From NCBI GenBank assembly GCA_002269645.1, contig NIVC01001209.1, positions 69,929 through 133,928 of the forward strand: a DNA stretch of 64,000 bases. The letters are read 5' to 3'. Below, one piece after another: positions 35,150 through 46,452 of this stretch. The number at the start of each line of letters is the position of its first letter. Within the stretch, counting starts at the first letter, position 1. The DNA comes from Macrostomum lignano. Its lineage: Eukaryota. The position numbers were made by a program, and so were the translations under genes. A model generated the notes under the pieces. The model did no database searches. It was given only the letters and a program-made list of their open reading frames with translations, and had not been told where the DNA came from.

Positions 35150-36215
35150 CTCTGGACTGATCGTTCGTGACTGCAGCCGCCGCAGCGACTACCCGACGAC
35201 CACCATGCCAAGCAGCCCTGCCCGTCGACCGCGACTCCTGATTGTTATCTTTATAGATTTTAAGAAGGCATTCGACTCTGTCGTCAAGGTCTGTGCTCCC
35301 AAAGGTGCTCCGTGTGTACAACGTGCCAGATCGAGCAGCTGATTTCCGCCATCATAGCGATGTACTGTGATACGAAAGCTGCTGTTTCAACATCGGATGG
35401 CCTAGCTATCGGACTTATTTGAGACATCCTCCGGGGTGCTTTAGGGAGATACGCTTGCGCCGTTCCTGTTCGTTCTGGTGCTTGACTGGGTGCTGCGGAC
35501 CGCTCTTCCTACCATGAAATGACGACGGCTTTCTGTTGCGGCGACGCGTGGGTCGACGTCAAAAAGAGAGGCGCCTCAGCGTGCCTCGGCGTACGACGAT
35601 CTCGCCCTGCTGTTCTCAACTGTCGAGGGCGCCCAGCGACAACTGGACAAGCTAGTTTCTGTTGCGGCGAGTGTCGGCCTGGAGGTCAACACGCAGATGG
35701 GCTGCCTTTCGTTCTGTGAGAGCAGTCCTGCGGTCCGAGGCCTTACCTGACCGTGATCGAGACCATCCTTGCTATACAACGGCCGAGACCTAGACGCTGA
35801 CGGAGTCGCTCGAGCAACAAGTTAACGCGGCGCACGCTGGCCTGCTGGCGTAGCCGCCTTCAAAATGGGCTACGAGCAAGTGACCAACGCGGCTTTGTAT
35901 CGCCGCGTCGGCCTGGTCCGTCTAAGCGACCTGCTGTGCCGTCGGCAACTCTAGCTGACAGGCCACATCATCTGCGCCGAGTCGTACTACCCAGAGCCGG
36001 TGGAGGAGGTGCTGCTGCTAACGCTGCAGGCACCCTACCGGCAGCTGGGCAGGTGCGCACTCGGCGTTTCGTCGACTGCCTGCTGGCTGACGCCGGCGCC
36101 CCGGATTCAGCCGGCGGCGTGGCGTTCATTCGTGACCTGGCCTTGAAGCGCGCCCTGTGACGCTAACTGCGTATTATGTTGTTGTTTTTGTTTTTGTTGT
36201 TGTTTTTGTTGTGGT
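35150..36215 (+). mobile_element. 5'-truncated, decayed non-LTR retrotransposon (reverse transcriptase fragment)
   Basis: Interrupted frames give FIDFKKAFDSV, LISAIIAMY, GVL.GDTLAPFLFVLVLDWVLR and DDLALL..EGAQRQLDKLVSVAASVGLEVN. It ends in a (TTG/TTTTG)n tail at ~36178-36212. Confidence 0.85.
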
Positions 36216-36768
36216 ATGAAATGTGAGTAGTGAATGCGCCGGCCGCAGGGCATGGAATAGAAGCTGAGGATCAAAGTGGAAGATCACAGACTATGAGTAT
36301 GAGCCGAACTTAAATCATCATAACAGTAAACAATACTTCTAAATAAGTCCCTGTAGGAGGTGAATCACGAGAGAATCCTGCGACCCGCACTTGCCGCATC
36401 CCCTGCTGCATCGAACTCATCCAGAATAAAGACATTAAGATGGCGTTATATTTATTTATTATTTGTTTATTATTAGTTATTTACAATCGACCCTTGGAAT
36501 CTTGGGGCTCAGGAGGGAATCGTAGTTTAAAACCGCTCACCAGCTATAAGATCCCCCTATGCAAAATTCCTCGTTTCCAGCACTGACTAGACTTGTCCTT
36601 GTATGCCTCGCATAGAGTCCCTTAATCGGCCATTTCTAGTACAGTTGGGTCAAGAAGCTTCGTCCTTTACAGGCCGGGAGTCCCGTCTCGCTAGTGGGAG
36701 TTTTTACTTGGTGTACTCCAGCACAGGTGACTGGTGGCGGCCGCGCTTCTGGCGTGTACCTTCAAACC

Positions 36769-37020
36769 CGGGCCCGCTGTCGAGATTGCCCGCAGTGCAA
36801 TTTGCTTACGAGTGAACTGCCCGCGAACGAGTTGCCCGTCGAGTTTTTTTCCGCCGAGGTTTGCCCGCAATTCTTTTTTCCTGCAGCGCATTTAGCCAGT
36901 TCAGTTCACTCGTGGGCAAATTCCACTGCGGGCAATTCTCGGCGGGCAAATCTCGGCGGGCAAATCTCGGCGGGCAAATCTCGGCGGGCAATTCGTCTGC
37001 GGGCAATTCTTATGGACCCG
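36769..37020. mobile_element. MITE-like element with inverted arrays of a TTGCCCGC / GCGGGCAA subterminal motif
   Basis: Termini CGGGCCC and GGACCCG. The left arm has repeated (t)tgcccg and the right arm has tandem ctcggcgggcaaat units. No clear TSD. Confidence 0.55.
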
Positions 37021-37458
37021 ACGAGATCTTGTTGCTGTACCTTTTAGCGCCAGAGCCCAGGATTTGCACAAGGTGTCTTCATGCAGCCCGGGTTACGTCA
37101 GTTCGACATATCATTAAATAGGGTGCAAATGTGGTATTGTACATTCACCCCTTGTCAGCAAGTGCAGCCGCATCTTAGACAGCCTGACGTGTTATTCAAT
37201 ATAAACATGTGACGTAGTATTCCCGCTTGTAATTGTTCATTTTAAGGCAGCCGATCCATATAGAACTTCGTCGGCAACACTAAGACCGATGCACGGACCC
37301 TTCAAGAAACAGTATACATGTACGCGTTTAAGGCGACCTAACAGACTGTCGATATTACATGTAAACGAGACGACTCCGCCAGTAAAACTTTAGAGTTTGT
37401 ATTAAATTGTATTAATTAATAGACGATCGACACGCAAAATACAATTCTTATAACGTTA

Positions 37459-37880
37459 TATAGTATTTGTCATGCTATCTCAGCCTAGAGACATCCAAAC
37501 TCAGCCAGCCCATCTCAACAGTGCGATTTTTTACGTAAGCCAGTCAAGTTTTACCATAGACATGCTTCTTAAGGCCATGCTATCTCAGCCTGGGACATGC
37601 AATCTCAGCCACTTTTCAGACTCTTACTGACTTTTCTTGCTGCGTTCATTTATTGCTGTTTGTTGCCATTTCATGTCACGTTACAGAAATGATAGCATTG
37701 AGATCTGTTTGCAATTGAAATCTATATTGGCTGAGATTGCATGTCCCAGGCTGAGATAGCATGGCCTTAAGAAGCATGTCTATGGTAAAACTCGACTAGC
37801 TCGAGCCAAAAAACGCATTGCGGAATGGGGCTGGCTGAGATTGGATGTCCCTAGGCTGAGATAGCATGACAAAAGCTATA
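37459..37880. mobile_element. MITE with ~150-bp terminal inverted repeats and TA at both ends (Tc1/mariner-type)
   Basis: Left arm tatagtatttgtcatgctatctcagcc..ttttaccatagacatgcttcttaaggccatgctatctcagcctgggacatgcaatctcagcca closely matches the reverse complement of ~37727-37880. Confidence 0.85.
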
Positions 37881-38111
37881 CTTGATGCAAGTACATTTTA
37901 AAGTAGTGTTAAAATGTATAACACTGCGACTTGTCGTTAAAATTCTTTCTTGGCATTGTCTATGGCTTAAAAAGGCAGGACACCGACGGAACCGAATGCG
38001 AGCATAAAAATTGAACGACAACAAACAGAGCTGGTTTACATGTAGAAAAGTTAACTACCCAAATAAATAGAAGCATCACTAATTTCAACGAGAATACACT
38101 TGAACGTCGCC

Positions 38112-39711
38112 ATGTTCAATCAGAAGTTTCTGGATGACACTATTCCAACTCGTTCGCGCAGCAAAGCCCATGTAGATGCTGCCAGCCAAAAGACTCAAAG
38201 CACTCGGTGCAGTAGCGTTAAGCGACACGCTCAAAGTCTCTTCAAACCATGGTTCACTGGTAATAACACTGCGACATCCGGAGTAGCTGCCGCAGCCTCC
38301 GCCGCCGCGGCCGCGCTGCAAGCCGGAACCCCAATGTCCGAGCCGACTCGCAATAGTAGCAATGCGCCAGAGCTGCCCGACAGCGGCCCGTACAACTATA
38401 GCAATGTCAGTAATATGACAGCCGGTGCTGACATGGGCGACAAGCCGATTAACAAAGACGATATTCGTCCGATGCCCTACCATGACTACAATCCGATTTT
38501 GGTGCGTCAGACTCAGAGCGACCAAGAGCTACCAATTCACTATTGGTTCTACATCTACTTGTACAGCTCCGATGTAGACAAGTTGCTAACTCCGTTCGTT
38601 AGGATGGTTGACAGCTTTGGCACTGATCGGCGACTTACTGTCATCATGAACAGATGCGGGGTATGGACAATGGGGAGGAGAATAAAGGAGAGAAAATGAG
38701 AGGAGAGGAGAGATTAGAAATGGAATACGATCTAAAGTAGAATAGAATAGAGTAGAGTAGAATAGAGTAGAATATAATATAATAGAATAAAGTAGAAAAG
38801 AATAGAATAGAATAGAACAAAACAGAACAGAATAGAATAGAATAGAATAGAATAGAATAGAATAGAATAGAATAGAATAGAATAGAATAGAATAGAATAG
38901 AATAGAATAGAATAGAATACATGTAGAATAGAATAGAATAGAATAGAATAGAATAGAATAGAATAGAATAGAATAGAATAGAATAGAATAGAATAGAATA
39001 GAATAGAATAGAATAGAATAGAATAGAATAGAATAGAATAGAATAGAATAGAATAGAATAGAATAGAATAGAATAGAATAGAATAGAATAGAATAGAATA
39101 GAATAGAATAGAATAGAATAGAATAGAATAGAATAGAATAGAATAGAATAGAATAGAATAGAATAGAATAGAATAGAATAGAATATCGAGAAGAGAAGAG
39201 AATACAGGAGAAGATAACGGAAGAAAAGAAAGGAAAGGAAAGGAGAAGAGTAGGGAGAATACTGAATGAGAAAATCAGATACACAATCAGATAGAGATCG
39301 AAGGTAAATCTTTACCTGACTACAGTTGCCATTGTTCGAGACAAGACGGGAGGTCAAAGTTAGAGCAAAGATTGCATCGCGATGAAATTTGGCTCCGAAA
39401 TCATTATTTTCATACTGATATCATAATCATCCAACATCCCCTACTGTATCCTACATCTACAATTAATGTAGGTGCAAATCCTTCTGAAGGAGCTTGAGTT
39501 GTACAAGTCTCTACCTCGGCGCATTGTGGTGATCAAGGGGGCCAAGTGGACCAGCATCGTGAAGGCTCTGATAGAGATGGAGGAGCGCCTGCCCGATCTC
39601 ATGCGATTCGCCACCTTTCCGTTGCTATTGGATACGGACACCACCAAGTACGCGTGCACTAAATTTGATCGCACCGCTTGCATCAATCGGCTCGCCAAGC
39701 TGATCCACTGA
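38112..39711 (+). CDS. Uncharacterised protein, ~262 aa, 2 exons (38112-38660, 39472-39711)
   Basis: Open 549-nt exon ending ..IMNRCG|gtatgg, acceptor taatgtag|GTG, phase 0, then 79 codons to TGA. Balanced GC and a poly-Ala tract resemble the other exons in the window. No family recognised; additional upstream exons are possible. Confidence 0.65.
38740..39185. repeat. (AGAAT)n pentanucleotide microsatellite inside the intron of the uncharacterised gene
   Basis: Read directly; explains the YSILF ORFs. Confidence 0.98.
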
Positions 39712-41127
39712 GTATATCTATACTATTAGACAAACCGCTCGCTTCTTTGACTAAAACGTCAACAACGGCGTTTATAAACACTGAGAACGGAACCCGTAAC
39801 GCATGCGCAGTACACTTGTAAAAGCGATATTTAGTTAACAATTTTAGTTTCCTTGTACCGATATGTCTGTTATTTTTTACTTGACAATCCGAAGTTAGCG
39901 AAACGCACAAAAGCAGTAAATAGCAAAATTCTTTTTTTCGCAACAATGCTTGAGCTTCTACTAGAAGACAAAAGAAACAGTTTCGGTACTTCAGGCGTGA
40001 AGGTATACTTGTATTTCAGTTTTTTTCTTGTCAAAAGGTATTTTACCATTTAAATAATGCTTCGAGAGTCGAGAGTTTTTGACAAAGTCTCTCTTTAAAA
40101 AAGTTATTTGATGAAAAAACAAACAACAATGTCTTTGTATTTCGTATTAGCAATTAGCGGGTCAATGTTTGATTGCTGTCCAAAACAGCGCCTGTCCCCA
40201 TTTTCGGGCCTTTTCAAATGTGCCAGCTCTCTGTCTCTGCCTTTACTTAAAATGGGTGCCTGATTCCTACACATATCTAATTGCGATTCGTAGCTGCTGC
40301 AGCTTGGGGAGTTCTTCAAAATGGTAAGTCGTGCATCCTAAAACTTCGCGCTCCAGAAAGTCCCTTGACCTATCCCCCGTGCCGTACGATCCCTCAATCA
40401 ATTATAAACTAATTCATATTTCCAATGTTATTCACTAGACTTTCACTTACCATTCGCCAAAGAATTAGACTAATCCGGTAATCCCATTCCCAAAGTCATT
40501 AGACTTCCCATTAAGGAATACAATCCAGGGATCCCGGGATCCAAGAATCACGGGATTAGGCCCAAATCCCGGGATTCTAAATCCCCAGATCGACCATCGG
40601 GATCCTGATCAAGCTTTGCAATAATTCAATCATTCATTCTCGAGTAGTAGTACATGTATCTGCAGCTGAGATACTTGTCAGGTGAAAATCATAACCCAGT
40701 TGTCCTACTTTGATTTCTTAATATTTTAACCAATGCAGGCTAGAGAGTAGAAGGCTATAGGGCTGCAAGGATACAAAACAGAAGCTGTTAGCAGATCGTA
40801 AGGAGATTTAAGGTGTAATAATGGACCATCTCCATCTACTTTAAGCAGTGACTTAACTTCAAAACTCCTTGGCCATAGTTGGGATCGGCCCACAACCCAA
40901 GCTACCAATTCTCCATCTAGGGCGGGTGCCCCTGGAAGGGTGATTTCTGATCCCCTTCTACCCTGGTATCAGTACCTCCGGCCATAGCTCTGTAAGTTAC
41001 ATGGGCGGCGGGAGCTTGCGGCCCCGGGGGCATGTGCCCCTCCCATAAAATGAGTCCATGCAGCACACAAAACATTGTGACCTGAATTTTCGAGTTTCTG
41101 ATATTTTAGTGCTTAGTAATAGATAAT

Positions 41128-43154
41128 AGGTCGTATGAATAAAAAGAGCAATAACTTGCGAGTTTAAGCTTAAACGCTGAGACTGAGCTACTGCTCAGGT
41201 CTGAGATTTTGCTCCGAGTCGGAGCATCTGCTCAAGGTCAGTATGAATAAAGTTGGGACTCCTAGTCAGAGTTCAGACTTTTGGTCTCAGAGCTGTAACT
41301 CCAATATTGCGATACTTTGAACCATAGACAAAATGTTGTTTTCTAAGAGTATGCTACGAGTATATGGGCCGTATGAATAAAAAAAAGAAATTTTTTTTCT
41401 TGCAAGAAATCCAAGAATTTCTTGCGTTTATAAGAATAAAAAACTGCGAGTTTCTTGCAAGATTTTCTCGCCAAGAAAATCTCGAGCTTTCACAAGAAAA
41501 GATTTGCTCGGCAAGAAAATCTCACGAGGAAAAGATTTTCTTGCTTTCTGATGAATAAAAGACGTGATTTTCTCGCCGAGAGAGCCGACACTTGAGTTTT
41601 ATGCGAGCAACTCTTTCTCTGGCTCAAGCGAATCTTCAGCGCCCATAACACGAGACACGAGATGTTCCTTCAGATCAGAAAGACCAAGGAGTACCTGCCC
41701 CGACAGGCCACTCCAGTGGAGACATATAGACAGCTTCATCGATTCACTGAGGATCACGTGACCTTTCTGACAACGCGCTTCCTAGGACATACTTCCGAGA
41801 CAAGGGGCGGTGCGCTGACACCGAAACAGAAGATGGAGATCACGCTGCGGTACCTGAGCAACCCTGGCTTTCAATCCGGTGTTGCCAAGGAGACAGGTGT
41901 TCATCAAAGCACGGTGTCAAATGTTGTTTGGGACGTCCTGCAGAGTATCGCGCGGCTGTCTCACGAATGGATTCAATTTCCACAGGAAGGTGCAGTTTTG
42001 TACACACGGCAGCTCCCATTTCTACCCCCCACGCAGCGTCTTATAACATGCTCGCAGTTTTTTTTGCATTGTTTCTGGGCTCCTGCAAAGAGTAATCACG
42101 ATAGACATGTAAAAAATTGGCAACCATTCGATGCCAGGACGCTCAATCTCAGGGTAAAATTTCAAAGCAAAGTGACTTTCCTGTCACCTGATGTTCAGGT
42201 AAACTCCACATGGATTTTGCCACTTTCTAGTAGGATTTTTCTGGACGGATTTTCGGTGTTCACGTGGTTTTAGCCATAGACACAGCATGGGCTGCGCCCA
42301 AGCCTGAGGAGACGGCCGTCGATTCCACGTCACCGACATCTTGGTTTGGGCCCTAGACAACTTTCAGCCAAGTGGCAGTCGCCGAGAAAATCTCACGAGC
42401 CGAGAAACTTTTATTCATGTCTTTTCTAGAATATCTTGACTCGTAAGATTTTCTCCAACAGATTTTCTTGCCGGAAAAGAATTTCTTTAAAGAAATTCTT
42501 GGCTCGAAAGATAATCTTTAAAGATTTGCTCACGTTTTATTCATACGGCCCTATGCTTTGTGTTTTATGTAGAATCCTTCTTTCTGTTTTCCCCTTGTGG
42601 CTTCTTTATAATCGGTTAAGTCTGTGCATCAAATCACGAATCAAGCCGGCATCAGCGCACCGCCTCTTGTGTCTGTGCTGCCGTTCAGAAAGCGCGTGGC
42701 CAGATACTGCACGTTGGTGCGAGAAAATCGGTAGAGTCGACCATACTCCGTGTCTCTAGTCAAGTCGGAAGATCGGCGCTCCGGATAAAACTTCCGTCGA
42801 GCGGGAGCACGTGCAGCAAAGAACTCAGCCATACTGCCAAAGAACTCAGTCAAAGAACATCAGCAACTAGAAAGCGCTAGTTACAGCAACCACTAGAGTA
42901 TAGATGGCTGAGGCAGGCAGAGGGCTGCCTCAACATTTCGTGAGTTGCAGCTCAGAAAAGATTGTCTATGGCCCGAGTTTATTCATACAGACCGGAGAGT
43001 TTGCTCAGCCCCGGATTTTTTCGCTGACACTCGGAGCAACAACTTTCAAGTCAAAACTCATGAGCTGTTGCTCGGAAGTCACTGCTCCGTTTTTTCATAC
43101 TGAGTCGAGATTTTGTGCGAGTCTGAGCAATTGCTCATTTTATTCATACGGCCT
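41128..43154 (-). mobile_element. Non-autonomous PIF/Harbinger element (outer), transposase remnant on the minus strand
   Basis: TIRs AGGTCGTATGAATAAAA and TTTTATTCATACGGCCT with a 3-bp TSD (AAT). Remnant EYGRLYRFSRTNVQYLATRFLNGSTDTRGGAL lies within ORF 42641..42853. Confidence 0.8.
41366..42551 (+). mobile_element. Non-autonomous PIF/Harbinger element (inner) carrying the N-terminal part of a HARBI1-like transposase
   Basis: TIRs GGGCCGTATGAATAAAA and TTTTATTCATACGGCCC with a 3-bp TSD (TAT). ORF 41662..42273 has RGGALTPKQKMEITLRYLSNPGFQSGVAKETGVHQSTVSNVVWDV..WIQFP, the Harbinger N-terminal HTH region. No DDE core follows. Confidence 0.85.
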
Positions 43155-44117
43155 AATATCCATATTTTTTAGTGCTTTTTCTGATTTTAGGCTGTAATTA
43201 GCAGCATAGATAGACACCCGTGCCCCCGTGCCCAATGCCCAGTTACCCCCCCCCCTTAAATGTTAGGCTCCGCCGTCCCTGGTAAGCTATCATTCCCCAG
43301 GTTACATCACAATCAAGAGTGATTTTCCTGAGCTGATACGCTCGTACTGGCACGTAAAAAGCACGACTATTACGCCAGCCCGTACATCACCACTCCAATT
43401 CAGAGTCCATTAATGTCAGATTCTTGCTTGCAAAATATTTTATTCTGTTCTACTTTTATTATTAAAAGGATGAAAGCCCTTTAAAATTAGGTTAGATGGC
43501 TTCGTAAACCGAAATTGCACCAACAAAAATTAGAAACCTTTTCAACCCATGCCTGGATCCCGGCCCAGTTCGTCGGAATCCTGGGTTTTTCAAAGTCCGG
43601 GATATCCCGATCCCGAGAATCGCGATTTTGTATTCCCTAGGCCTTGACCCTGACCACTGATTGTAACTTTAAAACCGCCACCACCAGGCGCCAGACAATC
43701 AGCGCAGAATTAAACAGCAAAACCATACATTTAAAACGTAAAAATGTTAGTAAAAAACAATTAATATTTTTTTTCTGATGCATTTTTATTAAAAAAAACT
43801 TGTTAACGGGATTGGAAGGCAAAAACTAAGGTTTGACCTCTCGTCTCCCTCTCCCTAACTGTAGCTTTTCCAGATAAACTGGAATTTGGATTGGAATTGT
43901 AAGTTGGAAGTTGGAACCCTGGATTTCGCCAAACCTTACCTAGATTTAGAAGGAACTGGGTTGGGTCGGGTGTACGTTTCTACTCCTATTTTGGGATGGG
44001 ACGGGACGGGAGTTGGAACTCGGGGAATGAAACTCGGTTTTTAAATTCGTCTGGTCGTGCATTTGGCAAAACCCACTGAGTATAGTCAGTCTAAGTATGA
44101 GAAACGACAATTTAGGG

Positions 44118-44272
44118 CAGGGGCGGATCCAGAAATTTTTGAGGGGGGTAAGCCATGCCATTGCCAACCCAAGCACTACAAGTCTACAATCCAATATTGG
44201 AAAATAGACTTTGCAGTTACAGCAGGCCAAAAAATATGGCCATGCGGCCTGCCCCCTCTGGATCCGATCCTG
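44118..44272. mobile_element. Small hAT-type MITE
   Basis: TIRs CAGGGGCGGATCCAG and CTGGATCCGATCCTG; flanks atttaggg and gttttggg match 6/8. Confidence 0.7.
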
Positions 44273-46452
44273 GTTTTGGGCTCCGTGTCCCGGCAGCCTC
44301 AGCTCAATTCCAATACAACTGCCCAATACCCAAAAACGAATAGAAGACATGTTGTTGTTCCTCTCCTCTCGAGTCTCCCACTCTCCTACCGTTTTCGTAT
44401 TCTTCACAGGGGCACCATAAAAGCTCCAAACAGGGAGAAACGAGAGGAAGGGGTTTATTTGTTTGCGGCCGCATGCCGCATGGTGCAATTCTCACCGGGC
44501 CCGCACCCACCCCACCAGCCTGCACAAGGGGTTTTTACATCCATGAGAGCTTGTCTGACTATTGGCTAAGTAAGAAGCGAAGGCCAGTCGGGTAAGAAAA
44601 ATAAGTAAGAAAGATTTCTAGGACTAAGACCATAAGGTTCGTTCATCGTAAAACGGAAAAAAAGATAAGGCTGGACCAACTCCCTAGAGCCCGTGCTATG
44701 TACGCTTCTAAATAAGTAAAAGAGCGTTTTGGTCCCCCACTCAGTTTATCGACCGGTTCACCCCTCCCCTAGCCAAAATCACGCCCAACACCCCACAATC
44801 CGACTCTTTATTAACTGGTTGGCTAGACAAAGAGGGTCGGGGCCGTCTCGTACAGTCAGGCATAATAAAAGGACGCTGTGAGGAGGGACCTTCTGGCTGG
44901 GCCTATAATTTTTCTTAACCCTCCATCCGTTCCCCTTTAACCTCTTCTACACAAATATTCCAGTTTCATAGGGGCCACCTTGTGCCCATGAGAAAGGAAG
45001 CAAAGGAGGTCTCCATGCTCCTATTTCACTTTATTCCATTCCGGCTAGCTTAGCTTAGCTTAATTTTATATTCATGTATATTTATTTTATTTTCACACAC
45101 TATTTAATTAGATAGAGCGTAATTAAGTCAGAATCAGGCTCAATCGGCATTACTTTGTTAACTGGTATTTGAACGTCTCTCTTCTCTTACTGGCGATTGG
45201 TAGGCAGCCAAGTCGTAAGTAAGATGCTTAATGAACTGACAACTGTCGAGTTATTTTTTCTTCTAACACCTGTACCTAGTCTGACGCGAGTTGCACGAAG
45301 AAGCAAAGCCAAGCCAAAAAACAACTGAGCAAGGACAGTTTGCCTACATTATTTGCTTGTGTTTGTTTGTTCGTTCGGCTCGCGTACTGCTAGCAGGATA
45401 AGCTACCTTCCCCCGTTCTTTCTTCGATACGTATTACGTAAGTTATTCATCCCTTTTTATATTTGGCCTTGTAAAACTCCATATACATAGACTAGACTTA
45501 GTCCTGGCCGTGTCTGTCTGTATCCTGATTTCAAATGTTCGTGCTTGTCTTAGGGATCGACATCGAGTCATTATCGAAAAAATACTTTAACTTTCAAGCA
45601 AAGCAACTGGGAACTTATCTTCTAGCGCGTACACTTCACGACTTATTGTAGTAATGAAATAATCAATACTAAATAAATATAGAATTACTTGTTCGTAATC
45701 GTATGCATTTTTTATCAATTTCTGTTATTACCAACTATTAGTCGTAGAAGATAGGTGATGCTGCTGATCCATGAGCATAAATCTGTTTGTCAAACAGTCC
45801 AGGACTATATAATTCTGTAAACGACAGTAGAAACTTTTTAAAAAGCACTTGTATTTTTAAGGATTTTTAGAATATCTGCATTCTTATTGCAATCGTACTA
45901 CTTGGAAGTAGGCCTTATCAGTTTGGAAAAAATGTTTTGAATATTTCAGGTATTTCACTCGTGGACGCAGAGACAAACACACGAACGAGTTTTCAATAGT
46001 ATAGCTTTTAGGCAGCAAGCTGCTCATATGTGCCTTTCAAACATCAACAAGTTTATTTTTAAATAAGAATTGATAAGAAACGAGTTGTACAAAGTGTAAA
46101 TTTCTGTACACACCAAGCATCAATGCAGGGTCTAACTATTCATTGCAAGAAGGGAAATACGTATTTCTTTCATCAAACGCACATTTTTGAACTTTGAACA
46201 GCTTCTAGCTGCCAAGGACAAGAGTGCAACTCGCGACTAATTGAGTTTTTTTGCATTTCCAGTGCGCGCATTATAGAATTCTACTGAAAAATTTAATTAG
46301 ATTAGTTAAAATGGGTTCTTCGCTTTTCAAGTTAGTGTTTGCAAATAACAGCCAATATATAAGCTCGCTTTTGAACAGCTGTTATAATGGGGTTCAATAT
46401 ACCGGTACTTCAACATATATAAATGTACATGAAGCGCTATTTTTAAATCACC

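Larger units (their letters stand above)
41000..43281. mobile_element. hAT-type MITE (~255 bp when empty) interrupted at its centre by Harbinger elements
   Basis: Termini CATGGGCGGCGG and (reverse complement) CAGGGACGGCGG, with an 8-bp TSD gtaagtta / gtaagcta (7/8). Confidence 0.75.
40512..43639. mobile_element. Possible outermost non-autonomous DNA element (TA(A/G)GGAATACA termini, GGGAT/ATCCC-rich subterminal regions)
   Basis: Left TAAGGAATACAAT..GGGATCCCGGGAT versus right reverse complement TAGGGAATACAAAAT..TCGGGATCGGGAT. No matching TSD found. Confidence 0.4.
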
